Positions 40,304 to 53,058 of a DNA stretch of 64,000 nt are shown one piece after another. The DNA comes from Octopus vulgaris (taxonomy: Eukaryota), in contig OX597820.1 in NCBI GenBank assembly GCA_951406725.2, forward strand, positions 34,348,001 to 34,412,000. The letters run 5' to 3'. Made by a program: the position numbers and the translations under genes. Below the pieces are notes generated by a model. The model was not told the origin of the DNA. It worked only from the letters and a program-made list of their open reading frames with translations, and did not search any database. How positions within the stretch are numbered: the first letter of the stretch is position 1; every line of letters begins with the position of its first letter.

Positions 40304-42341
40304 AGCTAGTCTGCAGTTGATTTTTATTATGACTCCTTATTTGGTCCTCTGGGCATTTATAATATAATAATAATAATAATAATTGTGTACAGTGCTCAGG
40401 TGCACTACAACTCATCTAAAGTGTATATATAATCAGGTGAAGTTTCGGCGGATTTCGGAAAGCAATAAAAAAATAAACACCTGTCTAAGTACTAGCATTG
40501 ACAGTATTGACTAATCCCTAAGGCGGCGGGCTGGCAGAAATTTTTAGCATGCAGCGCAAAATGCTTAGTGGTATTTTGTCTGCCATTACGTTCTGAGTTC
40601 AAATTCTGCCGAGGTCGATTTTGCCTTTCATCCTTTCAGGGTCAATAAATTAAGTACCAGTTACGCACTGGCGTCGATGTAATCAACTTAATCCCTTTGT
40701 CTGTCCTTGTTTGTCCCCTCTATGTTTAGTCCCTTGTGGGCAATAAAGAAATAAGTATTGACTAATCCCTGACTCCCCTAAAAAGTCCGGGCCTTGTGAG
40801 CCTAAATCAGAAACCATTAATTGAGGTTTTATTTATTTTTTTTTTTTACATTTATTTATCTTCTATCTTTTACTTGTTTAAGTCATTTGCCTGTGGCCAT
40901 GCTTGGGCACTGCCTTGAAGAATTTTTAATTGAATCTACCCTGGTACTTATTTTGCTTTTGAGCACAGTGCCTATTCTGTTGATCACATTTACTGAACTG
41001 CAAGATTATGGGGATGTAAACACACTAACACCAGTTGTTAAGCAGTGTTAAGGGGGACAAACACAGACACAAAGACACACACACATGGACTAGTATGTAT
41101 ATGTATGTTTATATATGTATATATACAATGGGCTTTCAGTTTCCGTCTACCAAATCTACTCACAAGATTTTAGTTAACTCAAGGCTATAATAGAAGACAC
41201 TCAACCAAGGTGTTGTGCAGCGGCACTGAACTTGGAACCATGAGGTCGAAAAGCAAACATCTTATTTCTTTACTGCCCACAAGGGGCTAAACATAGAGGG
41301 CTCAAACAAAGACAGACAAAAGGATTAAATCGATTACATCAACCCCAGTGTGTAACTGGTACTTGATTTATCGACCCTGAAAGGACGAAACGGCAGACGA
41401 AATACCGCTAAGCATTTCACCCGGCATGCTAACATTTCTGCCAGCTCGCCGTTGGCAAGTCCTATTTAAATGGGCACAGGTCATATTTAAGTTTGATTCT
41501 TTTTGCAATGTATTTGGAATAATAAAGTTCTTCTATTCATTAACTTTCTAGTCCTTTGTTGTTTTACCTTCAGAAGATGAAACAAAAAAAGGCTTTGAAA
41601 TTATGGTATTGGGTTTAAGATCATCACTGTTTCTTTTGTCCATATTTTGGTCTTTGTTTCCTTAGACTTTTTGTTACCTTATATTTCTCTTGAAACACTG
41701 CTTTTATTTCAGTTATCTCTATAAAATAATAACTTATATAAATGTTTGTTTTTTGGTTGGTTGGTTGGTTCATCGATATCTCTAATCATGCTTTATATCA
41801 TGTAGAATGAGGTGGGATGAAAGTAAAGGAGCTATACTGAGAGGGCTAGCATAAAAGGTGCACAATGAATTTGCATCGAAGGTTTGATGGTAGGCAATGA
41901 ATAAAAGAATGCTACACACACACACCCACACACCCATACACACACACACACACATACACACACACACACACACTCTGTGTAGAGATAGATGAATATGAGG
42001 TGGAGCAGGAATAAATGACAAGGCAGTTATGGGAGGAATCATACAAAGGAGAAATTTGTTTTAATTTTTATCTTAAGGTAATATTTTAATTTTGAAAATT
42101 AGTTTTCATTTCATTGTTTTGTATGAACACCAAAACAAAAAAAAGAAAAAATGATAAAAGTTAAATTACCATGTAATTAGCATAAGTATGCCATATTTCT
42201 TGATATGCCATATTTCTATGTTGGTAAAAATTTGCTTCCAAAGTTACCTGCCATATAATGAGTAACACTCTAGTTTCGAAAATAATAAAGAATTGACTGA
42301 AACAACTGAGTTGTTATAAAGCTTGAGTAACTTAGATTACT

Positions 42342-42585
42342 TTAGCCATTTTGAACCTGGGAGTACAATTTAGTGGGCCTGATTTTATTTGATTATATTC
42401 CTGGAAGATGGAAAAGAAGGTGGCCACATGGTTATATGTTTATGGTTCACTAATTGGCAGAAATATTGTTATTTTCAGCCATAAACACGAAACTGTGTAG
42501 TCATTTTGTTTCTACATATTCCTGGGGTACAGCAAAAAAAAAAGATCACACCCACTAAAGCACATTTGCGCATTCAAAAGGTTAA
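42342..42585. mobile_element. piggyBac-type MITE inserted at the internal TTAA of another MITE
   Basis: Imperfect TIRs ttagccattttgaa...tttagtgggcctgat / atcacacccactaaa...ttcaaaaggttaa; host MITE sequence continues as aacaggaag. Confidence 0.55.
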
Positions 42586-43564
42586 AACAGGAAGTGTGTA
42601 TTATGTCATAGAGCCAGGGCTGGTCTCAGATGAGGTAGTATGCAAATAGTACAATGTCTGTTAAATGTCAATCAGACCTTTGTCCAGAGTCAAACATCAG
42701 ACTCACCTTTCAATGAATTCAATTTTTAATTAATCCCAAGGTTGTTATCTCCCCTCCCTTTTGTGACCAGAGCTAATTTCACTAATGGTTTTCTTTTTTT
42801 TTTTTCTTGTTTTGTCTCATCATCATTAAAGTTGTAATATTAATTAATTACAATTTGTTGACTTATAACATCAGTTATGTTAGCATCCACTTTACTAAAT
42901 GGTGGAGTGGTGGTGGTGGTGGTGGGGGATGTAAAATATAAGAAAAGCTAAGGCAAAGAAAAACAAAAGAAAAAGGGTTTTTGTGCTTGTGTTTTTATTC
43001 TCTCTGCAGCCTTGACATTTCTCTAGTCATGTGACTAAACAGCTGATTTAGTAATAATAGATAATTACCCTTTTGTTGATTGTCTAGTATTCAGTTTCTT
43101 AAATGAGGTGGAGTATATCTATTTAGTGTTCTATTGTTTGCCGGACTCTCTAAGATAGTGAAATGTCATTCATTCAACCCTGCCCTTCAACTGAATCCAT
43201 GCCCATTGTTTCTCTGTTCATATTAAAACTTGGCTCAACTACTAATTCCTTTAACCCAAGGTGGCTATGGTGACTCCTCCTCTGCCACTTTATCTACGAT
43301 AAATTCCCGAGTCTCAGTTCGATCAGAGAATATCTTTCTTTGTAGTCATTGAACTATTAGAAATAACAAGCAAATCTTCCATGAATTACATCCTTGTGGC
43401 TTGAAATAATTTTAAAAATTATGAATAATTAAGGAAAAATAACTGTCATTATAACACTGGTGTTTGGGACATATATTAACAAGAAATTTTAATGGACAGT
43501 TTTTAGATCATCTTAACTAGTAAAGATCATTACTGTTTCTTTTGTTCATATTTTGTCCATATTT

Positions 43565-43868
43565 TTAGATCATCTTAACTATTAAAGATCATCTTAAATA
43601 GTAAAGATAATCTTAACTAGTAAAGATCATCTTAACTAGTAAAGATAATCTTAACTAGTAAGATCGTCTTAACTAGTAAAGATCATCTTAACTAGTAAAG
43701 ATAGTCTTAACTAGTAAAGATAATCTTAACTAGTAAGATCGTCTTAACTAGTAAAGATCATCTTAACTAGTAAAGATCATCTTAACTAGTAAAGATAGTC
43801 ATAACTAGTAAAGATAATCTTAACTAGTAAGATCGTCTTAACTAGTAAAGATCGTCTTAACTAGTAAA
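43565..43868. repeat. 19/18-bp minisatellite, 16 units (AAAGATCATCTTAACTAGT consensus)
   Basis: Units counted by eye; one extra unit at ~43505. Confidence 0.95.
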
Positions 43869-43959
43869 GAGCATCACTGCTTCTTTTGTCCATATTTTGG
43901 TGTTTGTTTCCTTAGACTTTTTGTTACCTTATATTTTAATGGTAGGTTTTTAGATCATC

Positions 43960-44593
43960 TTAACTATTTTGTTCCCATAATTTTGTTGAAGTACACTGCC
44001 TTTGTTTCAATAAATTTTGAAAATAATAATTAAGGAAAAATAACTGTCATTATAATGCTGGTGTTTAGAACATAAATTAACAAGAAATTTTAATGGATGG
44101 TTTTTAGATCATCTTAATTATTTTGTTACCATAATTTTGTTGAAATACACTGCCTTTATTTGAATTAATATTGGAAATAATGAATAATTAAGAGAAAATA
44201 ACTTTGTTATTATTAGCTGGTATTTGAAAGATGAATTAAGAAATTTTGATAGAAGGTCTTAATTTTGGTCGCTCTAAACATTTTGTTACTATATTTTTTT
44301 CTCGAAATATATTGCCTTTGTTTTATTTAATTTTGAAAATTCAAGAATTATAGGAAAATAACTTATTATAAAGATAGTGTTTGAGACATAAACTAACAAG
44401 AAATTTTAATGGAAGGTTTTTTTTTTTTAGATAACTTTATCCTTTTTGTGACCGTAATTTTGTTGAAGAGACACTGTGTTCGTTTCAATTACTAATTTTG
44501 AAAATTAGTAAAATAACTGTCAATTATAAAGCTGGTGTTTAGGACAAGTTAACACGAAATTTTGATAGAAGTTTTTAATTAGGCTTACTTTAA
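43960..44593 (+). repeat. Tandem array of four ~155-163-bp truncated piggyBac-type MITE units
   Basis: Junctions at ~43960, 44114, 44274, 44437 and 44590; each unit matches the 5' part of the 59474 MITE family up to its internal TTAA. Confidence 0.75.
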
Positions 44594-44808
44594 TGCTTTT
44601 AGTCTGTAAGTATACTTTAGTAGGTGTGATATATTATTTGCCTATAAACTTGGAAGGTATAAAAAAGTCTGAAATAGAATCAGAGCATGCTTATGATTGG
44701 TGTAATTAGTCTCGTAAGATTCAACAAAATCTGTTTCAACATATAATGTTACATCAAGAATCTTGCAAACCAAATACAAATATGGAATATATATATATAC
44801 ATACATAC

Positions 44809-44881
<73 letters not shown>

Positions 44882-44927
44882 CGTATTTCGGAATGGTCAT
44901 TGTTTTTTTTTTGTTTTGCCAAATAAA

Positions 44928-45327
44928 CAGGAGTGGCTGTGTGGTAAGTAGCTTGCTAACCAACCGCATGGTTCCGGGTTCAGTCCCACTGTGTGGCATC
45001 TTGCACAAGTGTCTTCTGCTATAGCCTCAGGCCGACCAAAGCCTTGTGAGTGGATTTGGTAGACGGAAACTGAAAGAAGCCTGTCGTATATATGTATATA
45101 TATATATATATATGTATGTGTGTTTGTGTTTGTCCCCCGAGCATTGCTTGACAACCGATGCTGGTGTGTTTACGTCCCCGTCACTTAGCGGTTCGGCAGT
45201 AGAGACCGATAGAATAAGTACTGGGCTTACAAAGAATAAGTCCCGGGGTCGATTTGCTTGACTAAAGGTGGTGCTCCAGCATGGCCGCAGTCAAATGACT
45301 GAAACAAGTAAAAGAGTAAAGAGAGTA
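44928..45327 (+). mobile_element. Family A SINE, full length, young-looking
   Basis: A-box TGGCTGTGTGG, B-box GGTTCAGTCCC, internal (TA)/(TG), tail aagtaaaagagtaaagag; CpGs retained. Confidence 0.9.
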
Positions 45328-45697
45328 AACACATGCGCTATATATTCGTTCTTCACTCGTTTATTATTGTTCTTATTCTAACTCCTGTCCATTGTCCGGA
45401 AATGTTGCATCATACATCTGTGACTTCTTCAATAACACTTTGCGACTTCATGTGTGCTTTTGCTCCACTATATATGTACTGAAGAAGCCCAAAGAGGCAG
45501 AAATGTGCCACAGCTGGATGATTTTTGTCTGCTACTAATATAAGAGATATAATCCCAGGACAAATATTGCAGTTAATTATGCTTTCAATGACATGTCTGC
45601 TTTCAGTATGAAACACAGATAGTTATTTTAAACTAATACCACTTCTGTCACACATAACAAATTTACATGTGTGTGTGTTAAATGATGATGATGATGA

Positions 45698-45751
<54 letters not shown>

Positions 45752-45982
45752 ATATATATATCATTTAATGTTTGTTTTTCATGCTCGCATGAGTGGGTGG
45801 GTTGATTAGTTTGACAGGAGTTGGCAAGCCAGGGGACAGCTCCAAGCTCTACTGTCAGCTTTGGCATGGTTTCAATGCCTTTCCTAATGCCAACCACTTT
45901 ACAGAGTGTATTGGGTGAGTGTGTGTATGTATATCTATCTATCTGTCTATCTATCTATATGTGTATATGTATATGTGTATGA

Positions 45983-46048
<66 letters not shown>

Positions 46049-46565
46049 ATATATATATATAAGTTTATCGTAATTATGATGCACACTCTTAACTTTTACT
46101 AATTCTCCTCTGTCTGTCTCTCTCCCTCTCTTGTTCTTCATCCTTTCTGGTTTTCTCTCCCACCCTTCCCTATTCTACTCTCCCTTTCACCGTTCCCTCT
46201 CCCTTACTCCTCCTCCTCCCTCTCATCACTGACACGTGACCAGAGTGAAGCCATCTTTCCGACTGCTATCTTCAACGAGTCAAGACGGCTTAGCCTGTCC
46301 TTCTCAATGCGTTCAAAATAATTTTTCCATCGTCTTGGCTTAACAGCTCTCATCATTTGTTTTTACTGTGTTATTCTACTTGTCCTGTCTTTTACTGCTT
46401 TTATTTGTATTGTTTTATACTGTCCTGTTCTTGTTACCACTTTTACCCCTCCGCAAAAAATCTCAAATTTTATTTAATTTGCTTTGTGGGAAGGACCGTT
46501 TCAACAAAGTCGTGTCTTGTCCTTACCTTCAAAACATATATATATATATGTATATGTATGTATAT

Positions 46566-47210
46566 CTAACTCTTTTATGGAAAGTTAGCTAAAGGAGAAC
46601 GACCTCCACATTAAACCAAAAAAGAGGTATTAGACTCGCTGAAGGTTTCCTTAAGAGATGCTTGCATCTCTCCTGACACATGGGAGGGCATAGCTATTGA
46701 TCATAGGAGGTGGAGAAGGATTGTGCACCATGGGACAGCTACTTTTGAGAAATCTCGAGTTGCGCATGAGAAAGTAAGGAAGGATGTCAGGAAGGGCATC
46801 GCTGTTACACTTCCAGATGGAAAGGGTCTTCTTATGATGCTGACATGCAGTGTCTGTGCAAGACCCTGCCTCAGTAAAGCTGGACTCAAGAGTCATCTTC
46901 GTAGTCATAAAGCGAGACAGATGAGTGACAACCTGGCCACTGGTGGTGGTGTTACACACCATACTAATCATATCTTTCAGGCATGTGGAAGAGAGTGTAA
47001 TTTGGCAGGAGGACTTAAACGACATGTGAAGGTACATGAATCCCAGTTACAACTACAGCTGGCTATTACCGATAAAGGTTTTAGTTGCCAATTCTGTACA
47101 AGACATTGTAGATGTTTAGCTGGGCTAAAAAGTCACATTCGATCACAGCACCAATAATAGTTAAGCTTCGTGCAGTGGCCATACTCGATAATGAGGGGGC
47201 AGCCATCATA
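46566..47210 (+). pseudogene. 5'-truncated RTE-clade LINE: ORF2 C-terminus with three C2H2-like fingers, plus 3' UTR
   Basis: In frame with ORF 46723: YGKLAKGERPPH*TKKEVLDSLKVSLRDACISPDTWEGIAIDHRRWRRIVHHG, then CSVC..KSHLRSH, xQAC..KRHVKVH, CQFC..KSHIRSQH; 3' end gccatactcgataatgagggggcagccatcat. Confidence 0.85.
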
Positions 47211-47252
47211 TGTTTGTATATATATGTATGTATATATATATATATATGTATG

Positions 47253-47321
<69 letters not shown>

Positions 47322-47549
47322 TGTATATACATGTCTAAATTTTTCTTGAGAACATACTCTTCGCGGTAATGCGGTTTGATGTCTATCTTTAGCACTTTAG
47401 GAGTCCACTTTAGTGGTCATTCCTCTTAATTTTGTATGTAATATAATTTTTAATCTTTGGATTTTTTAAATATACTAAGCCACTGTTTTAATTGATTAAT
47501 ATCAATTTATACCCTCATTATTAGTATATATTCTACCCTCATTATTATG

Positions 47550-47550
47550 A

Positions 47551-47596
<46 letters not shown>

Positions 47597-47606
47597 GTAT
47601 ATATGT

Positions 47607-47645
<39 letters not shown>

Positions 47646-47918
47646 ATGTATGTATATATGTATGTATGTATGTATATATATATGTATGTATGTATGTATG
47701 TGTATGTATGTATATATGTATGTATGTATATATATATATATATGTATGTGTAAGTATGTATGTATATATATATGTATGTATGTATATATATATATATATG
47801 TATGTGTAAGTATGTATGTATATATATATGTATGTGTATGTATGTATATATATGTATTTGTATGTATATGTATGTGTATATACATATATGTATATATATG
47901 TATATATATGTATGTGTG

Positions 47919-47970
<52 letters not shown>

Positions 47971-48070
47971 CGTATATGCATGTGTATATGTATGTATGTA
48001 TGTATGCATATATATGCATGCATGTGTATATATATATGTATGTGTGTGTGTGTATGTGTATGTGTGCATG
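47550..48070. repeat. Compound (TA)/(TATG)/(TG) microsatellite, followed by a (GTT)n tract to ~48256
   Basis: Directly visible. Confidence 0.95.
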
Positions 48071-48939
48071 TTATCATTGGTGCTGCTATTGGTGTTATTG
48101 TTGCTGTTCTTGTTGTTGTTGTTACGGCTGCCACAGATGTAGTTGCTATTGTTGCTGCTACTGTTGTTGACATTGCTGCCGTTGATGTTGTTGTTATTAT
48201 TGTTACTGTTCCTGCTGTTGTTACTCATGTTGTTGTTTTTGTTGTTGTTGTTGTTGCAGTTTTTTTTTCCCCCAGATCTTCAATCCTCAAACACCAGCAG
48301 TTAATCAGTGTTAACACATTGATCCAATCCAACCGGCTGTTCAGTGTTATCTGATTAATTTACACCCTGTGTACATTATCACACCCTGCTCTGGCACCCA
48401 CCCCACAAACATCTTTTTCCTTACAAACCTCTACTCTGTACCCCACAACCTTTTCATCACCACCTAACACCTCTACTCCCTACCTCCACCACCACCACCA
48501 CCACCACCACACACCCTTTCGGTATTTCTCCCCCTCCTCCACTCTGGCATATCCTTTAGCCATTTGCAAGCACCCCACCTCCTGCATTTCAGTACCACCA
48601 CTACCTTTCACTACCATCCCCCAACCTACCTTGCATCCCTCCGCCTCTCACACACCTTCCACTACTCCACATCCTCCCTACTCCACATCCCTACACACCT
48701 GACAGTCTTTCGCTTTCACCTCCAGCCCCACACATGCCTCGGTGTTTTTTATTTTTACCATGCTCCTCCTCCTACCCCTCTCCATCACCCCTTGCTGCTT
48801 CCACTAATCTTGGATTAGCGATCACTGCAGATTATTCTAATTTATGTGGAAAGCATGGTTAGCAATGGATTTAATGGTTTTGCTTCTCGATTTTATTGCT
48901 TGTGTGACGTCATGTTAGTAGATGTCCTATGTACAGGTG

Positions 48940-49702
48940 CTGGTGTGTGTGTGTGTGTTTGTGTGTACAGGTTCGCGCGCGCGCGTGTGTGTGTGTGCAG
49001 ATGTGTGTGTTTGTGACTGTGTATAGGCTGATTGTGTGTTTGTGAGTGTGTGTACTGGTGCTTGTGTATGAATAGACGTTTGTGTGTGTGTGTGTGTGTA
49101 TGTGCAGGTGCTTTTGTGTGTATATGCATGCACAGGTGCTTATGTGCGAATGTGTGTTTGTGTGTAGATGAGTGTGTGTTTGTGTGTAGATGCGTGTGTG
49201 TGTTTGCAGGTGCTTGTGTGTGTCTGTGTATGTGCATGCACAGGTGCTTGTGTGTGTTTTTATGTAGATGGGTGTGTGTGTGTTTGTGTGAGTGTGTGTC
49301 TGCATGTGCTTCTATGAATGTGCACATCTGTATAGATGTGAGATGTGTGAGTGTGTACATGTGCTTGTGTGAATGTGTGTTTATGTGTATATGTACATGT
49401 TCTTGTGTGTACGTACAGATATGTGTATGTGTGTGTGTAAATATAGATGCATGTGAGTGTTTATAATGCCCTGCGTGTGTGTGTGTGTATTCATGTGTAC
49501 GTATGTTTGTGTGGCTGTGTGTGTGTGTATATATGTGTTTAAATATATGCATATGTGCTTGTGTAAATGTGTGTGCTTGTGTAGATGAACAAGATTGTAT
49601 TTGCATGTGTATGTAAGTGTACCTGAGCAAGATTACATGTGTGTGTTGGTATATGTGTGTGTGTATGTGTTTATGTGAGCAGGATTGTGCATGTAATATG
49701 TA

Positions 49703-49745
<43 letters not shown>
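48940..49745. repeat. Degenerate (TG)n-based repeat with recurring caggtgct / gtagatg, ending in (TA)n
   Basis: Directly visible. Confidence 0.9.
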
Positions 49746-49749
<4 letters not shown>

Positions 49750-50103
49750 TATGTGCATGTATGTGATTATTATGTATAGTAGTAGTAGTAGTAGTACAAG
49801 GAGGGGTGGGGAGATTAGAATGTAATTACTTAGTGTTGTTCATATATATGTCCATCTATGTCAACCTCATTTCAGTAGGTATTAGTGGTGGTGGTGGTGG
49901 TAGTGGTGCGGTGGTAATAATCCTTCTCTGAGGTCATCTGGGGAATTTACCTGTGGTAACAGCAGTCATCAACAAGGAAACCTGTATGTGGTCACCTGTA
50001 CTCCTAGAATTAGCGACCAAATCACACCCATCACACATTGCGAAAGTTTTAATAAATGGAAGGACACATTGAATTACAGGCTATGTACACTATGTTACTA
50101 TGT

Positions 50104-50557
50104 TTAACCCTTTAGCATTTTAGTCAGCCAGATCTGGCCTCTCCAACCTACCTCACAATGTCATTCTAAGAATAAACAGTAAATAAAATAAATAAATGCG
50201 CTCTTTTAAAGCCTAACCAGGCTCATGGGCCCGGTTTCCCAGTTTCTATGGCGTATGTGTTCCCCAGCTGGACGGGACGCCAGTCCATTGCAGTGTTACT
50301 CATTTTTGCCAGTGGACCTGAGCAGCGTGAAATGAAGTGTTTTGCTCAAGAACACAAACGTCGCCCGGTCCAGCAATCGAAACCACAATCTTACGATCAT
50401 GATGCTGGCACCCTAACCACTAAGCCATGCACCTCCACAAGAATAAATGGTACATCATCAAAATCTCAAAGCTACAAGATAATGCATAATTAATTCAAGA
50501 TGATGTGAATAAATGAGCATTACATTTGAGAAAATAATCTGAATGCTAAAGGATTAA
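50104..50557 (+). mobile_element. piggyBac-type MITE, family 2, split by a family B SINE with TSD
   Basis: TTAAccctttagcatt ... aatgctaaaggaTTAA; SINE flanked by aagaataaacagta / aagaataaatggta. Confidence 0.8.
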
Positions 50558-51873
50558 CTGTGAAGGCACATGGCTCAGTGGTTAGAGTGTCAGGCTCACA
50601 TTCATGAGATAATGAGTTCAATTCCTGGACCGGGCTGTGTGTTGTGTTATTGAGCAAGACACTTTATTTCACCTTCTTCCAGTTCTCTCAGCTGTAGAAA
50701 GTAGTTGTGACATTACTGGTGCCAAGCTGTATCAGTTTTTGTCTTTCCTTTGGATAACATTCGTAGAGAGGGAAGGCTTGTATACATGGGCAACTGCTGG
50801 TCTTCCATAAACAACCTTGCCTGGTCTTGTGCCTCAGTGGAGAACTTTCTAAGTGCAATCCTATGGTCATTCATGACCGAAGCGGGGTCTTTACTTTTAA
50901 TGGGTTAAATATAAAACACAAAAAAAGACAGTATGGTCAGAAATGGAATGTCTTTGATCATAGGTCTGTTTGATTGGTCAGAGTTCTTTTAGTGCTATTC
51001 TTTGATTTGTTACTTTGAAATGGGGCTTAAGCTGGCATCAGAAAGCGCATCTGGCCATAGAAAAACCCTACCCTAATACACTCTCATCTGTCCCATATAT
51101 GCATTGAAATGTAGACATGAAAATAGGGATGATAATAGCAGCAGCAGTTGTTGTTCTCCCCAACACCACCATTACCGATGTTACTAACTAGGAACATGAC
51201 AGGGGTCAACAGTCTCTGGCCCTTCAGCTTGACTGGTTGCTGCCGTGCCTCCCCGATAATCTGAATTGTCTTGAGGTTAATAAAAAATAACAACCTTCCT
51301 TGGTTAAAAATTGCAAAGTGGCTGTAATGGTCATACTATCTTTGGAAAAAAAGTATGGGCCACTGCATATGCTTTGATTGACCAGGCAATAGGTCAGTGT
51401 CCACACTTTTTCTTCATTTTATGTCATAATGTTAATAAATCATCATAAAAACATCTTGGCAACTAATAGAAAGATTCATCTTCATCATATTTAATGTCCA
51501 CTTTTCCGTGTTTTCTGTGTGTTGGACGGAGTTTATTGAGGCAGATTTTCTGTTTTGATGCCCTTCCTGTCACCAACCCTCACCTATTTCCTACCCAGGT
51601 AATATTTCCCCAATGCAAGATATGTTCTTGCAGATTGTTGGAAATGAATGACACTGCTTGTATGACAGGGATACTCATTTACGACTATCACGTGATTTCA
51701 AGAGACACAAACACACACACATATACACATATGTACATATATAGCTTGTCATATGCATATACATCATCGTTTAATGTCCACCTTCCATGCTAATATGGGT
51801 TGGATGGTTTGACAGGAGCCAGCCAGGTAGAAGACTACTCCAGGCTGCTGTGTCTGTTTTCATACATATATAA

Positions 51874-51939
<66 letters not shown>

Positions 51940-52610
51940 CTGATTTTGTTTTGGTTTCCATCTACTAAATCCACTCACAATGTTTTGGTCAGCCCATGGC
52001 TATAGTAGAAAACACTTGCTCTGCAGAGACTGAACCTGGAACCATGTGGTTGGGAAGCAATTTTCTTACCGTCCAACTGTGCCTGAATCCATAAAAGCAG
52101 ATATTAAAATAAAACTTCCAAAATAAACGTGCAATAAGGTCATAAATAAAAATAAAAATGGTCTTGCTACTAGGAATACAAGAATTTGTGAATCATCATT
52201 AAAGCACTTACTAGAGATCATTAAAAAAAACTTATTACCAATCTTTAAAAAAAATATATAAGATTTCTTATTGATCATTAAAAAAACAAATGACTTGCTG
52301 CAGGTGATAAACATGGTATTACAGTTTGGTCATTAATAATTTACTGCAAGTCATAAATATGTTATGCCAGTCATAAGTTATGTCAGTCATAAACTGTGTG
52401 ACAATATAAAATCACCGTAGCTCATAAATTCTGTGTTTAGATGCTTGTTGCTGTTTGTTTAACCCTAGGCCTGTTCTGATCAAGCAGGTATAAAATTAAC
52501 CCTTTTACTGTGGAAATCAGTAGAAGACACTTTGAGCAAGTGTCTCCTACTTTAGCCCTGGGTTGACCAAAGCCTTGTGAGTGGATTTGATAGATGGAAA
52601 ATGCAAGAAG

Positions 52611-52653
<43 letters not shown>

Positions 52654-52677
52654 ATAAAGGGTGGAATGTAATTAATT

Positions 52678-52849
52678 AGGCGCAGGAGTGGCTGTGTGGT
52701 AAGTAGCTTGTTTACCAACCACATGGTTCCGGGTTCAGTTCCACTGCGTGGCACCTTGGGCAGGTGCCTTCTACTATAGCCTCGGGCTGACCAAAGCCTT
52801 GTGAGTGGATTTGGTAGACGGAAACTGAAATAAGCCCGTCATATATATG

Positions 52850-52886
<37 letters not shown>

Positions 52887-53058
52887 CTATGTTTGTCCCC
52901 CTAGAATTGCTTGACAACCGATGCTGGTGTGTTTACGTCCCCGTCACTTAACGGTTCGGCAAAAGAGACTGATAGAATAAGTACTGGGCTTACAAAAGAA
53001 TAAGTCCTGGGGTCGAGTTGCTCGATTAAAGGCGGTGCTCCAGCAAATGACTGAAACA
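52678..53058 (+). mobile_element. Family A SINE, near full length
   Basis: ggcgcaggagtggctgtgtggtaag head; CpG-rich. Confidence 0.9.

Noticed and set aside
42631-42650. let-7-like start TGAGGTAGTA
   Set aside because: Only 10 nt match, it lies in a MITE end, and there is no complementary hairpin arm
42990-43012. Splice-acceptor-like polypyrimidine-CAG (also ~48260-48276)
   Set aside because: No convincing downstream donor or recognisable coding frame, and such tracts are common here
43565-43868. Palindromic short repeats resembling a CRISPR array
   Set aside because: Units are contiguous with no unique spacers, there are no cas genes, and the context is eukaryotic
46723-47157. Host C2H2 zinc-finger gene
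   Set aside because: No TGEKP linkers, the upstream in-frame sequence is RTE ORF2 with a stop, and an RTE-like 3' UTR follows
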